From: Octopus vulgaris
Lineage: Eukaryota
Assembly: GCA_951406725.2 (NCBI GenBank)
Contig: OX597817.1
Coordinates: 80,972,001-81,036,000 of the forward strand
DNA length: 64,000 nt
Direction: 5' to 3'
In this document: in pieces, positions 27,100 through 39,109 of the stretch
Numbering within the stretch: position 1 is the stretch's first letter
Layout: each line of letters starts with the position of its first letter
Notes under the pieces: model-generated
What the model was told of the DNA's origin: nothing
Database searches by the model: none
Seen by the model: only the letters and a program-made list of their open reading frames with translations
Position numbers and translations under genes: made by a program

Positions 27100-27255
27100 C
27101 TAAGAGCAAGTCTTTGGGCGGGAATGTGGCGGTAGGAGCCAATAAAAGCAAGTGCATATTGCTTTGTAATGGCTTCTCCTATACACCGGAAGTTAAGAGA
27201 CGCATCTAAATGGCTGAAACATCTCGCTGTCCTTCACACATACCGCCATAACATC
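27100..27255. promoter_or_regulatory. Candidate promoter-like motif cluster
   Basis: TTTGGGCGGGAA (GC-box/E2F-like, ~27113-27124), AGCCAAT (27137-27143) and ACCGGAAGT (ETS consensus, 27185-27193) within 80 bp of unique sequence. Confidence 0.35.
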
Positions 27256-28399
27256 ACATTTGGTTTAGGCAGAGTTTTTTTTTTGTTTTGCTATTTGGTG
27301 TATATAAATGTTTAAGGAGTTTTTTTGTTAATTTATAGTTGTTGATGTTTTTGGTTTTGTTTTTTATGGAGAGAGGCAAGGATGGTTGGGGGGTTTGTCG
27401 TAAAAAAAGAAGTTCCGTCTATACGGATGTAGTTCACAGCCTCTGTGTAAATCAGCGATCTCGAACATTCGATGAATACTCCGACCAAGACGCAGAGTGC
27501 AGTAGTGAATAGAAAATACAAATAAATAAATTTCTATTTGCATTAAGCGTTATTATTGTTGTTATTATGGAGAGGAAGGTTGTCTTGGTTATGATAATAA
27601 TTATTATTTTTCTTAATACCGTCATACTCGTATGTGAAGGTGCGTGGTGTAGAGATTAAGCAGTTGAGCTCGTGATCGCAAGGTCATAGATTCAATTCTA
27701 GGACCGGATTGTACTTTGTGTTCTTGAACAAGGCTCTTCATTTCGTGTTACCCTTGTTTACTCAGCTGAAAATAATTACGTGCTGATATAGCTTTCAATC
27801 TTCCCCCAGCTATAATATACTCGTGTCCCTTTGAGTCAAGAATGAAATGATTAAGAGGGTGTCTATACCTGCCCTCAACTACAAAGATATCTAAAACAAT
27901 TAGCGCAAAAGTGGTACAAGCTACTATACTAAGACTTACGCTCTTGCGAGTGATGGCCAAGATTTTTTATTACCATCATATTAAGAGTAGTACATGATAC
28001 AATTGATAGAGCACTAGTCTGAACAACGTGTTCTGAGTTCAAAACCCATAGGGGTCATCTTCGCATTTCGTCCTTATTTGGTCAATAAAATAAACTACCA
28101 CACAAATACCGGGATCAATATGATCGACCTTTTCTCTTTGCGTATAATTTTTGACCTTGTACCTGTAGGAAAATTGTTAATATTACTATTGTATTCAAGA
28201 TTGTAAAATTGTTAAAGTGTCGGACTTGTGGTACTTTGTTAAATCTCTTTAGTTCTGAGTTTAGATCCAACTAGAAGTCAACTTTAAATTTCATCCTTAA
28301 GGGTTCGGTAATGACCAAGTATTGTGGTCGATTGCACCTTTGTCTCAAAATTGGATGGAGTTTCTGTAATTGTTAGAAATGATTATGATGTTGGTGTTC

Positions 28400-28545
28400 A
28401 TTATTTACATTATTTACATTCGACGGTTATTTGTCCTCATCTTGTTAACACAACGTTTCGGCTGACATACCCTCCAGCCTTCTTCAGGTGTCTTGGGGAA
28501 ATTTCGAACCTGGGTTCTCATTCCTAAGGTATTTTTCGATATTGT
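28400..28545 (-). mobile_element. Short hammerhead-bearing element (PLE pLTR-like fragment)
   Basis: Contains the canonical hammerhead listed next; abuts a (TTG)n tract. Confidence 0.55.
28447..28492 (-). ncRNA. Minimal type-I hammerhead ribozyme
   Basis: Minus strand GACAC-CTGAAGA-A-GGCTG-gagggtatgt-CAGCC-GAA-ACGT-T-GTGTT. Canonical CUGANGA/GAAA core, paired stems I and II, palindromic stem III. Confidence 0.75.
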
Positions 28546-28695
28546 TGTTGTTGTTGTTGTTGTTGTTTGAAATCGAAATCGGAATCTTTGGGTTAAGAGT
28601 GCGGTCTACTAACCCCAAGATTCCGAGGACGATGCCAAGCAGTGGCCTCAGCAATAATAATAATAACAATAATAATAATAATAATAATAATAATA

Positions 28696-28697
<2 letters not shown>

Positions 28698-28746
<49 letters not shown>

Positions 28747-28970
28747 TTAGTTTGGCTCAGGTTCGGTCTTATTCCTGGTAGGATTTATGCGAGTAACCTT
28801 AGGTATCCACAAGTTTTCAGCAGTCTTTCAAGAGCTTAGAACCCTTCTGATAATCTCTGCTGTCCCTAAGAGACAAGCTTGCCGCAGGAGCTCTACCGGG
28901 CATTCTATTTCAATCTCCTTCAGCCATTTGTCTATATCTTTGCTTACTGTTCCCTACGCACCAATTATTA
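28698..28970 (-). mobile_element. 3' end of an R4/Dong-like RLE LINE with (TAA)n tail
   Basis: Minus-strand IIGA*GTVSKDIDKWLKEIEIECPVELLRQACLLGTAEIIRRVLSS* is a typical RLE-LINE C-terminus, followed by a short UTR and (TAA)n. Confidence 0.8.
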
Positions 28971-29777
28971 TATAATAATCTCATGCTCCAAATTCTTCCT
29001 ATTTCAAATTTTGAGGGATTGTATTATTTTTCGTCCTCGTTTTTTACGATCCTGGAATAATAATAATTAAGTACCAGTGAAATACTGGAGTCGATGTAAT
29101 CGACTTGTCCCCTCCCCAAATTGTTCCTCCCTAATTTCAGGCCTTTAAGGCGGACAATTGTTAGAACATCAGAGAAAAAGCGCAGCGGTATTTCTCCTAT
29201 TTTTACATTGAGTTGAAATTCAACAGAGGTTGACTTTGTCTTTCATACTTTTAGAATTGATAAAATTAAGCACCAGTCAAGCATTGGGGTAAATGTAATT
29301 GACTAGCCCCCTCTACCAAAATTTCAGGTATTATGTCTGTAACAGAAGGAATTATTATGCTTTTTCTTTTCTTCAGTAGTTTCATGCAAGTTTCTACTAC
29401 TTCACCTGATGCAGTTCCATGTTCCTGGGGTGTGTGCGGCATTGTTCTAATTTTAGTGGAGATTGGAGAAGTTTAGACAACTCCTGCTGGTGTAGGGCAC
29501 CTGTTTCTTATGTGATGAGGTTTAGTTTCTGTAAGTCTGTTTAGTTTCTGTAAGTCTATTAGATATAATTGTAGTAATCGAAGATCGTGAGATAATAAAA
29601 TATATTCCTCTATTGAAATAGAAAATTGTATAAGTTTATCGAAGATATAAACCTTTTAGTATGGTGGGTAGCGATAGAGATATTCCAGAGTTCGAAATAT
29701 TCGCAGCATATAACATTAATGACGGAGATGTACTTGCATAGCAAGTAACCTGATCTGAGGTCGTGTGCTGGAACGAA

Positions 29778-29938
29778 AACAATTGTAGCGTGGAAGGTGT
29801 TTATAAGCCATTTAAGAAACACACAAAATCTGTTAGATTCACTTCAACATTAAAATTAAATTTAAATGTTGAAGTGAATCTTATGGATTTTGTGTGTTTC
29901 TTAAATGGCTTATAAACACCTTCCACGTTGCAATTGTT
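29778..29938. repeat. Fold-back palindrome, ~74-bp arms, ~13-nt AT loop
   Basis: AACAATTGTAGCGTGGAAGGTGTTTATAAGCC...CTTCAACATT / AATGTTGAAG...GGCTTATAAACACCTTCCACGTTGCAATTGTT. Confidence 0.95.
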
Positions 29939-31512
29939 GTGATAACATTAATAAGAAAAATAGCTTCTCATAGCAACGTTTTGTATCAAACGTTTAGTTT
30001 TGCATACATTCTCTTAGTTATTGCTTATATTTGTTTTCGTTCTTAAGTCATGGATTTGAAAATTCTTCTTATTAGAGAAATATCCTTTGTGTTAGGGCAC
30101 AAGGTCTACGTTTTTAACATCAGTCGCTTAATTTTTCTCTTGTTATATCTCTCTCCCCTTATCCCTCTCTCTCTCTCTCTCTCCTACTCCCTTTCTCCCT
30201 CCCTCTCGCTCATTCTGTTTATACATGTGAACATATTTCAATTTATGTGTAAGAAGAAATGGAAAGTGTTTACGTCAGTCGTGTTAAATAAATAAACTGT
30301 AATGTTCCTTTTTGCCCCTCTCTCTCCCTTCTTCTCCCACTCTCCCCCCTTCTCGCTCTCTCTCTCTCTCTCTCTCTTTTAATCTGTATCTTTTATCTTT
30401 GACTTATTTCAGCTATTTGACCGAGGTCATGCTGGAGAACCGCCTTGAAGAATTTTTAGTCGAATGAATCAACCTCAGTACTTTTATGTGTACAATCCTG
30501 CGCACGCGTGTATGTGTGTATATGCGTGTGTGTGTAAGAAAGAGAGAGTGTGTGTGTTTGCTTCCAGCGCCAAAATGTGATGTCGCCAAAACATACTGAA
30601 TTTCCTGTCAGGCGTGCCAAATTATCTGCGTCCAAGCAGCTGCGCCAAATTGCCTCACTTCGACTTAAACCCACTCATCAATATCGGGTTATATTCTAAA
30701 ATTATTACAGACAACATCGGAGACTTGATCTCCTTCTCATTAGTTTGATGTTACTAGGGATATTTTCAAACTCATCTGATTTTCTCAGTGTGTGGTAGTT
30801 AGGTGAGAACTAGGTTTACTTAGAAATCAATATTATAATATTTATATAAATATATAACATAACGTATACCATTTGTCTAGTATCTCATGAATTATTTACT
30901 TAATATTGTGGCTTCAGGACATTTCATTAGCTTTCACTGTTATTGATATTGAGGAATTCTTGATAGTTCAAATTTATACGAAGTTAACGTTTCCATACCA
31001 TTCTCAAATTCCTTACTCTTTTCCTGCAATTTTCAATTATCGTTTAGTTGACCTGTCGCTGGTTTAAATCATGGAAAAATTTTCATATTTTTTCTACTCC
31101 TTTACCAAAGAACTCATTTTATTTTCTAATAAGTGTAAATTTATTCTTTATTGAAAGTTCAACAAGAATGTTTCTTAGTGTAGATAGGCGCTTGTTTAGG
31201 CATTTTTTACCAAAGGTCTTTTTTCCTTTCTGCTTCTTCTGTTTTCTTTTTTAGTTTTTTTTTAGTTTTAAGGTTAGAATGATTTTTATCCTTATCAATG
31301 AGTCATTTTGCTGTCGTTTCTGGTATTAAATTAGAATATTAAATATTTTTCTTAAATACCTTATTGATGTTTTCTTCTTTCTCATTAAAATTAAATAGTG
31401 ATGGTTGTCGTGTCCAGTTTCAGGATGTTTTAGTCTGTGAGCTGTTTTCACCGTTCATATATCTCCCATAACATACTCTATAGCATTTTTATTCCTGTAT
31501 CTCGTATTTATT

Positions 31513-31828
31513 GGAGGCGCAATGGCCCAGTGGTTAGGGCAGAGGACTTGCGGTCGGAGGATCGTGGTTTCGATTCCCAGACCGGGCGTTGTGTGTGTTT
31601 ATTGAGCGAAAACACCTAAAAAAGCTCCACGAGGCTCCGGCAGGGGTGGTGGTGAGCCCTGTTGTACTCTTTCGCCACAACTTTCTCTCACTCTCTCTTC
31701 CTGTTTCTTGAGTAACGCTGCGATGGACTGGCATCCAGTCCAGTTGGGGGGAACACATACGCCACAGAAACCGGGAAACCGGGCCCATGAGCCTGGCTAG
31801 GCTTGAAAAAGGGCGACGTTTATCGTTT
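31513..31828 (+). mobile_element. SINE family C, tail type i (V-domain-like), with 15-bp target-site duplication
   Basis: Head GGAGGCGCAATGGCCCAGTGGTTAG; tail CTGCGATGGACTGGCATCCAGTCCAG...GAAACCGGG. Flanks TATCTC(G/T)TATTTATT at 31498-31512 and 31829-31843. Confidence 0.92.
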
Positions 31829-32903
31829 TATCTCTTATTTATTAGTGTGCTCTAAATCTGTATCCCCTACCTATTGTCATGTATTACTTTTCATTTTGAT
31901 ATTTGGATTAATTCTGTTTTGGTTTTTCCACAATTCCCCTTTTGAAGTTCTATTATTTCATATAAATCTGTTTATTTTTTCGTTCACTCCAAGACATTTG
32001 TTATTTTGGAATAATGTCTTCCATGAACTAACGTTCTTTCTTTTAAAACTGATTTCAAGACCTTTTTAAATTTTTTTTAATTCGAAAACTGTTATTCTCT
32101 GCTTCTGCAAAGGGTAACAATTTGGGCGACCGTTCTTCCAACAACTCCAACAGTTTCACTGTACTTTATAAAATGGCCGTTTTACTATCTTTTACATCTT
32201 TCTACTTTCCTGTCTATTTTGCCTTGTTTCTTTTTCCTTTCTGTTTTTTTTTTGTTTTGCTTTTGTTTCTGTTTTCTAATTTGCCCTTGTTATCAGTATA
32301 GGAAGTCATTATAAATTATTGCTTCAAATTTAACATATTCTTTTTAGGATTGTGCTACAGGGTTCAATTCCTTCTGTTAACTCGCTTTTTTCCATTAAAT
32401 CCAGATACAGATTAAGGAGTAAAACTTACTAATAATTCAATGGGACAGGTCTGGTATTTGTCAGCCAGGAAAAGACTACCTACCTTCCAGCCACTGGAAA
32501 AGATTGCCTACCTATCACGACCATCCACCCAAAACATTCAAGTCATAACCATCACGTGTTTTGTTTTGCCTTTTTATTTGGGGTGCATGTTCTAAGAGAT
32601 CCTAGCAAGAACATCAAATCAAAGATCTTAAAGACTTTACATTAGCCTGTTGCACTGCAAAAGCTCAAGACAGTCCTGTTCAATCAGACCGTACGGTCAA
32701 AGACAATCAACCTTGCACATCCTAATATTTTTTCTTTGTATATTTATGGTTCATTGTGTTTCATTTGTAAGAAATGAGGGTGTAATGACATGAGGACAAT
32801 TTAGCTGCTATCTCTAACAGATCGTATGACATCATGCAGTTTGCTGGTGTCCCTGCTTTTGCTGGAAATGCTGTTGTTGCATTTGCAGTTAGTATTTCTG
32901 CTA

Positions 32904-32950
<47 letters not shown>

Positions 32951-33867
32951 TGTGGTGGTGGTGGTGGTGATGGTGGTGGTGGTGGAGGTGGTGGAGGTAG
33001 TAGTGGTGGTGCTTCTGCTGTTAGAATAGGTGGTGGTGCTGGTAGTAGTGGAGTGCGGACAGTTGTGGTAATAGTGGTGATGGTAGCGGAGATGGTTGTG
33101 TTAGGACAGGGCAGAATGAATCGATGTGAAAAATGTGGAGAAAATAAATTAAGTTCAACTTCAATATTTTTTTTATATTTGTTTTATTTATATTTGATTA
33201 AATTGTGTTGTGGGTTTTTTCTTTTTTGTTTCTTTTTCTTTTTTTTTCTTCTTTTTGTTGCTGCTTTTGTTTGTTTCATTATTTCCTTTTCATTATGACC
33301 GAAATTACAACCAAGTGAAATGATGTTCCTTCGCAGGGAAAACGTGGTTGCGTGCGCGTTCTTGCACGTCTCCTCTTTCTGTATGTCGTTACGAATATGT
33401 GTATGTGTGTATGTATGGATGGATCTGTTTGTGTGCGCGTGTGTGTATGCGTGTATGTATGTGTGTAGAGAGAGAGAGAGAAAAGGAGAGACAGGGAGAA
33501 TTATCGATGTGGCATTAAAGACGAAGTATTTTTTGCATATACACATGCATGCATGTCCGTACGCATGCGTACATACGTACACACGTGTATTCATGCAAAC
33601 TCATATACATACAACATACATGCATATATGCATCCATATAAAAGTGCTACATGCGGGTACATACCTTTACATTAGTATACAAACATGCAACTTTACAATT
33701 TTACAATGAAACCCACATAATAAACGACACATACACATCATCTATTCGTATGCACTCACAGTTTCTTATTATCTCTCTCTCTCTCTCTCTCTCTTTCACA
33801 CACACACACATATGCATACTTACATCTATACATACATGTTTCTCTGTGTATGCGTGCGCGCGCGTGC

Positions 33868-33930
<63 letters not shown>

Positions 33931-34784
33931 AGTTCTCCGCAACCTTTTTTTCACTTTCGGTATACTTCGGGCGGCACACCTAGCATTCAGATTAGACTGC
34001 AGCGCACACCGAGCATCGTCTCGTGGCGCATCAGCGTGCGGAGCACAGACAGACAGACAGATATTACTGCTTGTTTTTATGTTCAGTTTTTACATTAATC
34101 TGAAATGTTACTCTATGCTTTTCAAGAATGTAAATTCATTCTTCTTTTTTTTTTCAAAAAAAGAATATTATTGACAGTGATTTCGAAGTTTCGGTCAGCA
34201 AAGCTATCATCGGCCAGCGAAGCTGTCATCGGAAGAAGAAGAAGAAGAAGAAGAAGAAGAAGAAGAAGAAGAAGAAGAAGAAGAAGACGGAGGAGGAGGA
34301 GAAGAAGAAGCAGAAGAAGAAGAAGAAGAAGATGAAGAAGAAGATGAAGAAGAAGAAGAAGAAGAAGAAGAAGCAGAGGAGGCATTATAAACCTATAAAC
34401 CTATAAATCTTATTGCTTATATATTTTTCACACATAATTTTTCTGTATTCTACCTTCCACCCTGCATTTTTCCCTGTGCGTATATAGACGTGTATATGGA
34501 ATCCTTTGTGCGCGCGTGTGGTTGTGTGCGTGTGTGCGGGTATGTGCGTATATAGATGTGTGTGTGTGCGTACATGCGAGTATGTGCATATATATAGACG
34601 TGTTTTACTCATTGTTTTTTTACACATTTTCCTGAATACTATGAACTTTTTATCCCCTTACTTTTACTCCCTCCCCTCACTTAGCGCTCATTCAAATAGC
34701 TCTTTTGTCTTAATAACGGTCAATTACAAAGTAATTTCCCTTTGTTTAACGGTCATTTTCATAGCATTTTTCCCTATGACCGGA

Positions 34785-34840
34785 TAACTGAAGAGATGGC
34801 GGCGTGGATTTCCACCCCGACATCCGAAACTCGGAATTTT
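34785..34840 (+). ncRNA. Degenerate hammerhead-like motif upstream of (TA)n
   Basis: CTGAAGA-GATGgCGGcGTGGAttTCCACcCCGaCATC-C-GAAAC. Canonical core boxes around a long imperfect stem II; stem III and the cleavage triplet are decayed. Confidence 0.45.
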
Positions 34841-34859
34841 ACATTGCTACCGAATAATT

Positions 34860-34893
<34 letters not shown>

Positions 34894-36076
34894 GTTTATA
34901 AAGTTCATCGAGCATGTCCTGTGTTATATATATATATGCATGTGTGTGTATGCATGTTTATACGTGCATATGTGTATATATACCTTTATATCGATACATG
35001 TATGTATGTATGTTCGTAGGTAGGTACGGGATGGTATGGTTAGGTTAGGTTTGGTTAGGAAATAGTTCGCTTAGCAATCTCCATGGTTGAGCCAAAATCT
35101 TTTGATAGAAAATGGATAAACGGAAACTTTATGGAAAACCGTCATGCGAATGGCCCCCATAATTCAAAGGTCTGACCTATGTCACACACACTGTGTCACT
35201 CAGATTCTGTTAAACGATTATATCAAGGATAGAGATATCTGTCGGAATATTCAACCACTTACACACAAATTCAATAAGCAAGGTAATTCACTTGATCAAA
35301 CAATTGAAGTCATCGTCGAAACCAACGGAGATCCATTTGTTCTTTTTTTGTTTTTTTTGTATTATGTTTTTACATTTATGTATGAGTGTGCGTGTTTGCA
35401 GGTTGAGTTTAAATCAAGGTAATTATTATAATGGTGAGTTTCTGGGAGTCGCTAATGAAAGATTGGCATAGGGAACCATTCTGACATGCCAAAGACGCAC
35501 GCGAACCTACATCCTCGCTTAAAATTATTCGGAGCAGACAATCAACTCTCTACCAACCTTTTTAAAACATACATACCTCTCTCCCTACTCTTTCTCTCTC
35601 TTCCTCTCCCTCACTCTTTCTCTCTCTTACTTTATCAATCTATCTATTTATCTATCTATCTATATGGCTCTAGCTCTATCACTGTTAATCATCCTCTCAC
35701 AACTACTTTCCCAGTTTCACTTTCGTTTGTTCCATTTAAATCTCTCACCTTTGCTCGCAGTTCTCTCTATCTCTATCTTTCTCTCTATCTATCTTTCTTT
35801 CTTTCTTTCTCTCTCTCCCTTTCTATTTCTTTCTCTCTTCCTCTCTCTCGCTCTCTCACTCACTCTATTCTTTCAAATCTCCCTCCTCTTCCATCGAAAA
35901 GACACACACACACACACACAAAGCATATGCATGCAAATACACGCACATACACGCGCGCGTGTACGCACACTTACACACACCACTTAAAGTACCATTTTCT
36001 CTTTCTGTTTGATTAAACCTGTATTCATTTCTGTAACTTTCTTTCTTGCCAGTCCTTATTTTTCTCTCCCACTCTG

Positions 36077-36124
<48 letters not shown>

Positions 36125-36159
36125 TCTCTCGTCTTTATATACATGAATATATATATATA

Positions 36160-36316
36160 AAGTTAATCCAAACAAGAAAGCACAAAAAAACAGCAACGCG
36201 AGGACGTGGAACAAATATCGTATTATTGGACGCTCAGGAAAGAAGGAGGGTTTAACGTTTTGAGCGGAGATCTTCGTCGGAAACATAGGAGAAGGAAAGA
36301 TCCAGAGAAGGGAAAA

Positions 36317-36320
<4 letters not shown>
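36160..36320 (-). mobile_element. Short (TA)n-flanked element with a degenerate hammerhead (36250-36284)
   Basis: Minus GTTT-CCGACGA-A-GATC-tcc-GCTC-AAA-ACGT-T-AAAC. Downstream TTCCTGAGCGT...AATAATAC resembles the element at 41896-42098. Confidence 0.55.
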
Positions 36321-36361
<41 letters not shown>

Positions 36362-36390
36362 ACATAACACATATATTTACATACATATGT

Positions 36391-36683
36391 GGAGGCGCAA
36401 TGGCCTAGTGGTTAGGGCAGCGGACTCGCGGTCGCAAGATCACGGTTTCAATTCCCAGACCGGGCGTTGTGAGTGTTTATTGAGCGAAAACACCTAAAAG
36501 CTCCACGAGGCTCCGGCAGGGGGTGGTGATCCCTGCTGTACTCTTTCACCACTCTTTCTTCTGTTGGCCTGCTCGCTTAGCCAGCGGGGTGGCGTCATTC
36601 GAAGGCTAAAACAATGCGAACGCATTGTGACCAGCGGTGTGTAGCAACATCTGATGGTCTGGTCGGTCACGTGATCCCGTGAT
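36391..36683 (+). mobile_element. SINE family C, tail type ii
   Basis: Matches the 10065-10376 copy. Confidence 0.92.
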
Positions 36684-36686
36684 ATT

Positions 36687-36758
<72 letters not shown>

Positions 36759-36839
36759 AGGGTGAAAAGGAACACACGAGTTGATATATATGAAAAAACA
36801 AGTCAAAAATAGAAAATGCTAAAATAATTTTATAGTGAA

Positions 36840-36887
36840 CATTTCAGTACCGGTTTCGGTCATTTTGAGACCTTTTCAACTGTAACG
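36840..36887 (-). ncRNA. Mirror copy of the U3:A8 hammerhead in the inverted arm
   Basis: Reverse complement of 38714-38761. Confidence 0.75.
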
Positions 36888-37437
36888 ATTAAATAATTAA
36901 ATTTAGAAAAATTAGAAAAAAGTTTTTTTAAAGGAATATTTCTATAGTAGTGTTCAGATATAAGTGGCATTCTGCCTTTCTCTGACTCCCTTGTTTGCAC
37001 TTGTGTGTTCGAGGTCGTTGTGAGTTCTTGGTAGGGTAGTAGAGGAAGAGGGCTGGTGAGGAAAGGGGGTGGGAGAATCTGGGAGTGCCCTGATGGTCGT
37101 ATTTTGAATGGTCAGTGGCGGCTGGCAGTCTCAGTTCAATTCAGGAGAATATTTATATTGACAGGCTTGTTTATAGAATTAGCGTAGGTGTTATACTAAA
37201 AAACATTAGTGACAAAGTTAAGGGGTAGGGGGTGGAGAAGTAGAAGAAGAAGAAGAAGAAGGAGAAGGAGAAGGAGAAGGAGAAGATGACGATGATGGTG
37301 GTGGTGGTGATGATTATGACGACGATGATGATGATAATGATGATGATGAAGAAGAAGAAGAAGAAGAAGAAGAAGGAGGAGAAGGAGAAGATGGTGGTGA
37401 TGATGGTGGTGATGATGATGACGACGATGATGATGAT

Positions 37438-37985
37438 AATCCTCCAAACACACACGATCATGACAATCCTCCAAACACACACGATCATAAAAAGCAAAAG
37501 ACAGCCTAGAACCATGAAAAGTCTCCTTACACAAGCCCGAATTCACTCTTCAACACAGAAGCCGACAGTAAAAAAATGTGGAAGACCCAATTGCGGGATA
37601 TGCGACTATCTTATTGAGGGATCAGAGTTCTCCTTCAAACAGGGACAACGGTTTACAGTGAAAAGCAACTTCACATGTGCTTCGGAGAACCTAATATACT
37701 CACTAACCTGCTCCGGGTGTCAAGAGCAGTACATAGGCCAAACAAAAAATGGTTTGCGTAAACGAATGGCCCTGCACAGATCCCAGATAAAAATTCCCCA
37801 AAACAGAAAAATAGCTTTTAGCCAACACATAGATACTTGCGCCAACAAAAAAACCACCAAACTTCAGAATTTTCCCCCTCTACCAATTTAGGGACGATAC
37901 AACCTCGAGACAACGAATAAGTAAAGAAAATCTCTTTATTGCAAAATACAAGCCACTTCTTAACGGGTCTACGACAAACAATTAA
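37438..37985 (+). pseudogene. PLE GIY-YIG endonuclease domain (C-terminal fragment, one frameshift)
   Basis: KKCGRPNCGIC Cys linker, FTCASENLIYSLTCSGCQEQYIGQT (GIY-YIG motif), RMALHRSQI and FSQH. After a frameshift in an A-run (~37850) it continues PPNFRIFPLYQ...KENLFIAKYKPLLN..*. Confidence 0.9.
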
Positions 37986-38115
37986 TATACCTCAACTTTA
38001 GAATAAAAGAAAAATATATATACACACACAAATATTACACTCCATAGAATCCATTACTAATCAGCCCCTTCATAGCTATATTTACACCCATTCATATTCT
38101 CCCTTCTCTGTTTTT

Positions 38116-38148
<33 letters not shown>

Positions 38149-38713
38149 ATCATCATCATTATCATCATCATCGACGTCATCATCATCACCACCATCATCA
38201 CCACCATCTTCTCCTTCTCCTCCTCTTCTTCTTCTTCTTCTTCATCATCATCATTATCATCATCATCGTCGTCATAATCATCACCACCATCACCATCATC
38301 GTCATCTTCTCCTTCTCCTTCTCCTTCTCCTTCTTCTTCTTCTTCTTCTTCTTCTTCTACTACTTCTCCACCCCCTACCCCTTAACTTTGTCACTAATGT
38401 TTTTTAGTATAACACCTACGCTAATTCTATAAACAAGCCTGTCAATATAAATATTCTCCTGAATTGAACTGAGACTGCCAGCCGCCACTGACCATTCAAA
38501 ATACGACCATCAGGGCACTCCCAGATTCTCCCACCCCCTTTCCTCACCAGCCCTCTTCCTCTACTACCCTACCAAGAACTCACAACGACCTCGAACACAC
38601 AAGTGCAAACAAGGGAGTCAGAGAAAGGCAGAATGCCACTTATATCTGAACACTACTATAGAAATATTCCTTTAAAAAAACTTTTCTAATTTTTCTAAAT
38701 TTAATTATTTAAT

Positions 38714-38761
38714 CGTTACAGTTGAAAAGGTCTCAAAATGACCGAAACCGGTACTGAAATG
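38714..38761 (+). ncRNA. Minimal type-I hammerhead ribozyme, U3:A8 covariant core
   Basis: CGTTACAG-TTGAAAA-GGTC-tcaaaat-GACC-GAA-ACCGGT-A-CTGAAATG. Stem I pairs 7/8, stem II is 4 bp, stem III is palindromic (ACCGGT), and the cleavage triplet is GUA. Confidence 0.75.
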
Positions 38762-38803
38762 TTCACTATAAAATTATTTTAGCATTTTCTATTTTTGACT
38801 TGT

Positions 38804-38858
<55 letters not shown>

Positions 38859-39109
38859 TAGACATTCAGACAGGCAGACAGGCAGACTAACAGGCAGAAA
38901 GAGAGCTTGTAAGCTAACTAGACACGCATACAGACAGATAGGTAAAGGTATTATCTAAAGACCTACACAAAATATATATCTTTCTGTCATTTAATGCCAT
39001 AGAGAGAAAGGATGTGTAGAACATTGGAAATGGTACTTTTATTGATTCATAAAGTACCTACACAGTGCAAAAGACATACATAAATACAAAATGGATTTAA
39101 GAATAGATA

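Larger units (their letters stand above)
36757..38808 (+). mobile_element. 5'-truncated Penelope-like retroelement (Neptune-like) with inverted pLTR, inserted in (TA)n
   Basis: Arms 36793-37440 and 38158-38808 are near-identical reverse complements. The spacer encodes a GIY-YIG endonuclease, each arm holds a hammerhead, and (TA)n lies on both flanks. Confidence 0.9.

Noticed and set aside
34790-34803. YY1 site (GAGATGGCGG)
   Set aside because: Better explained as part of stem II of a decayed hammerhead-like motif.
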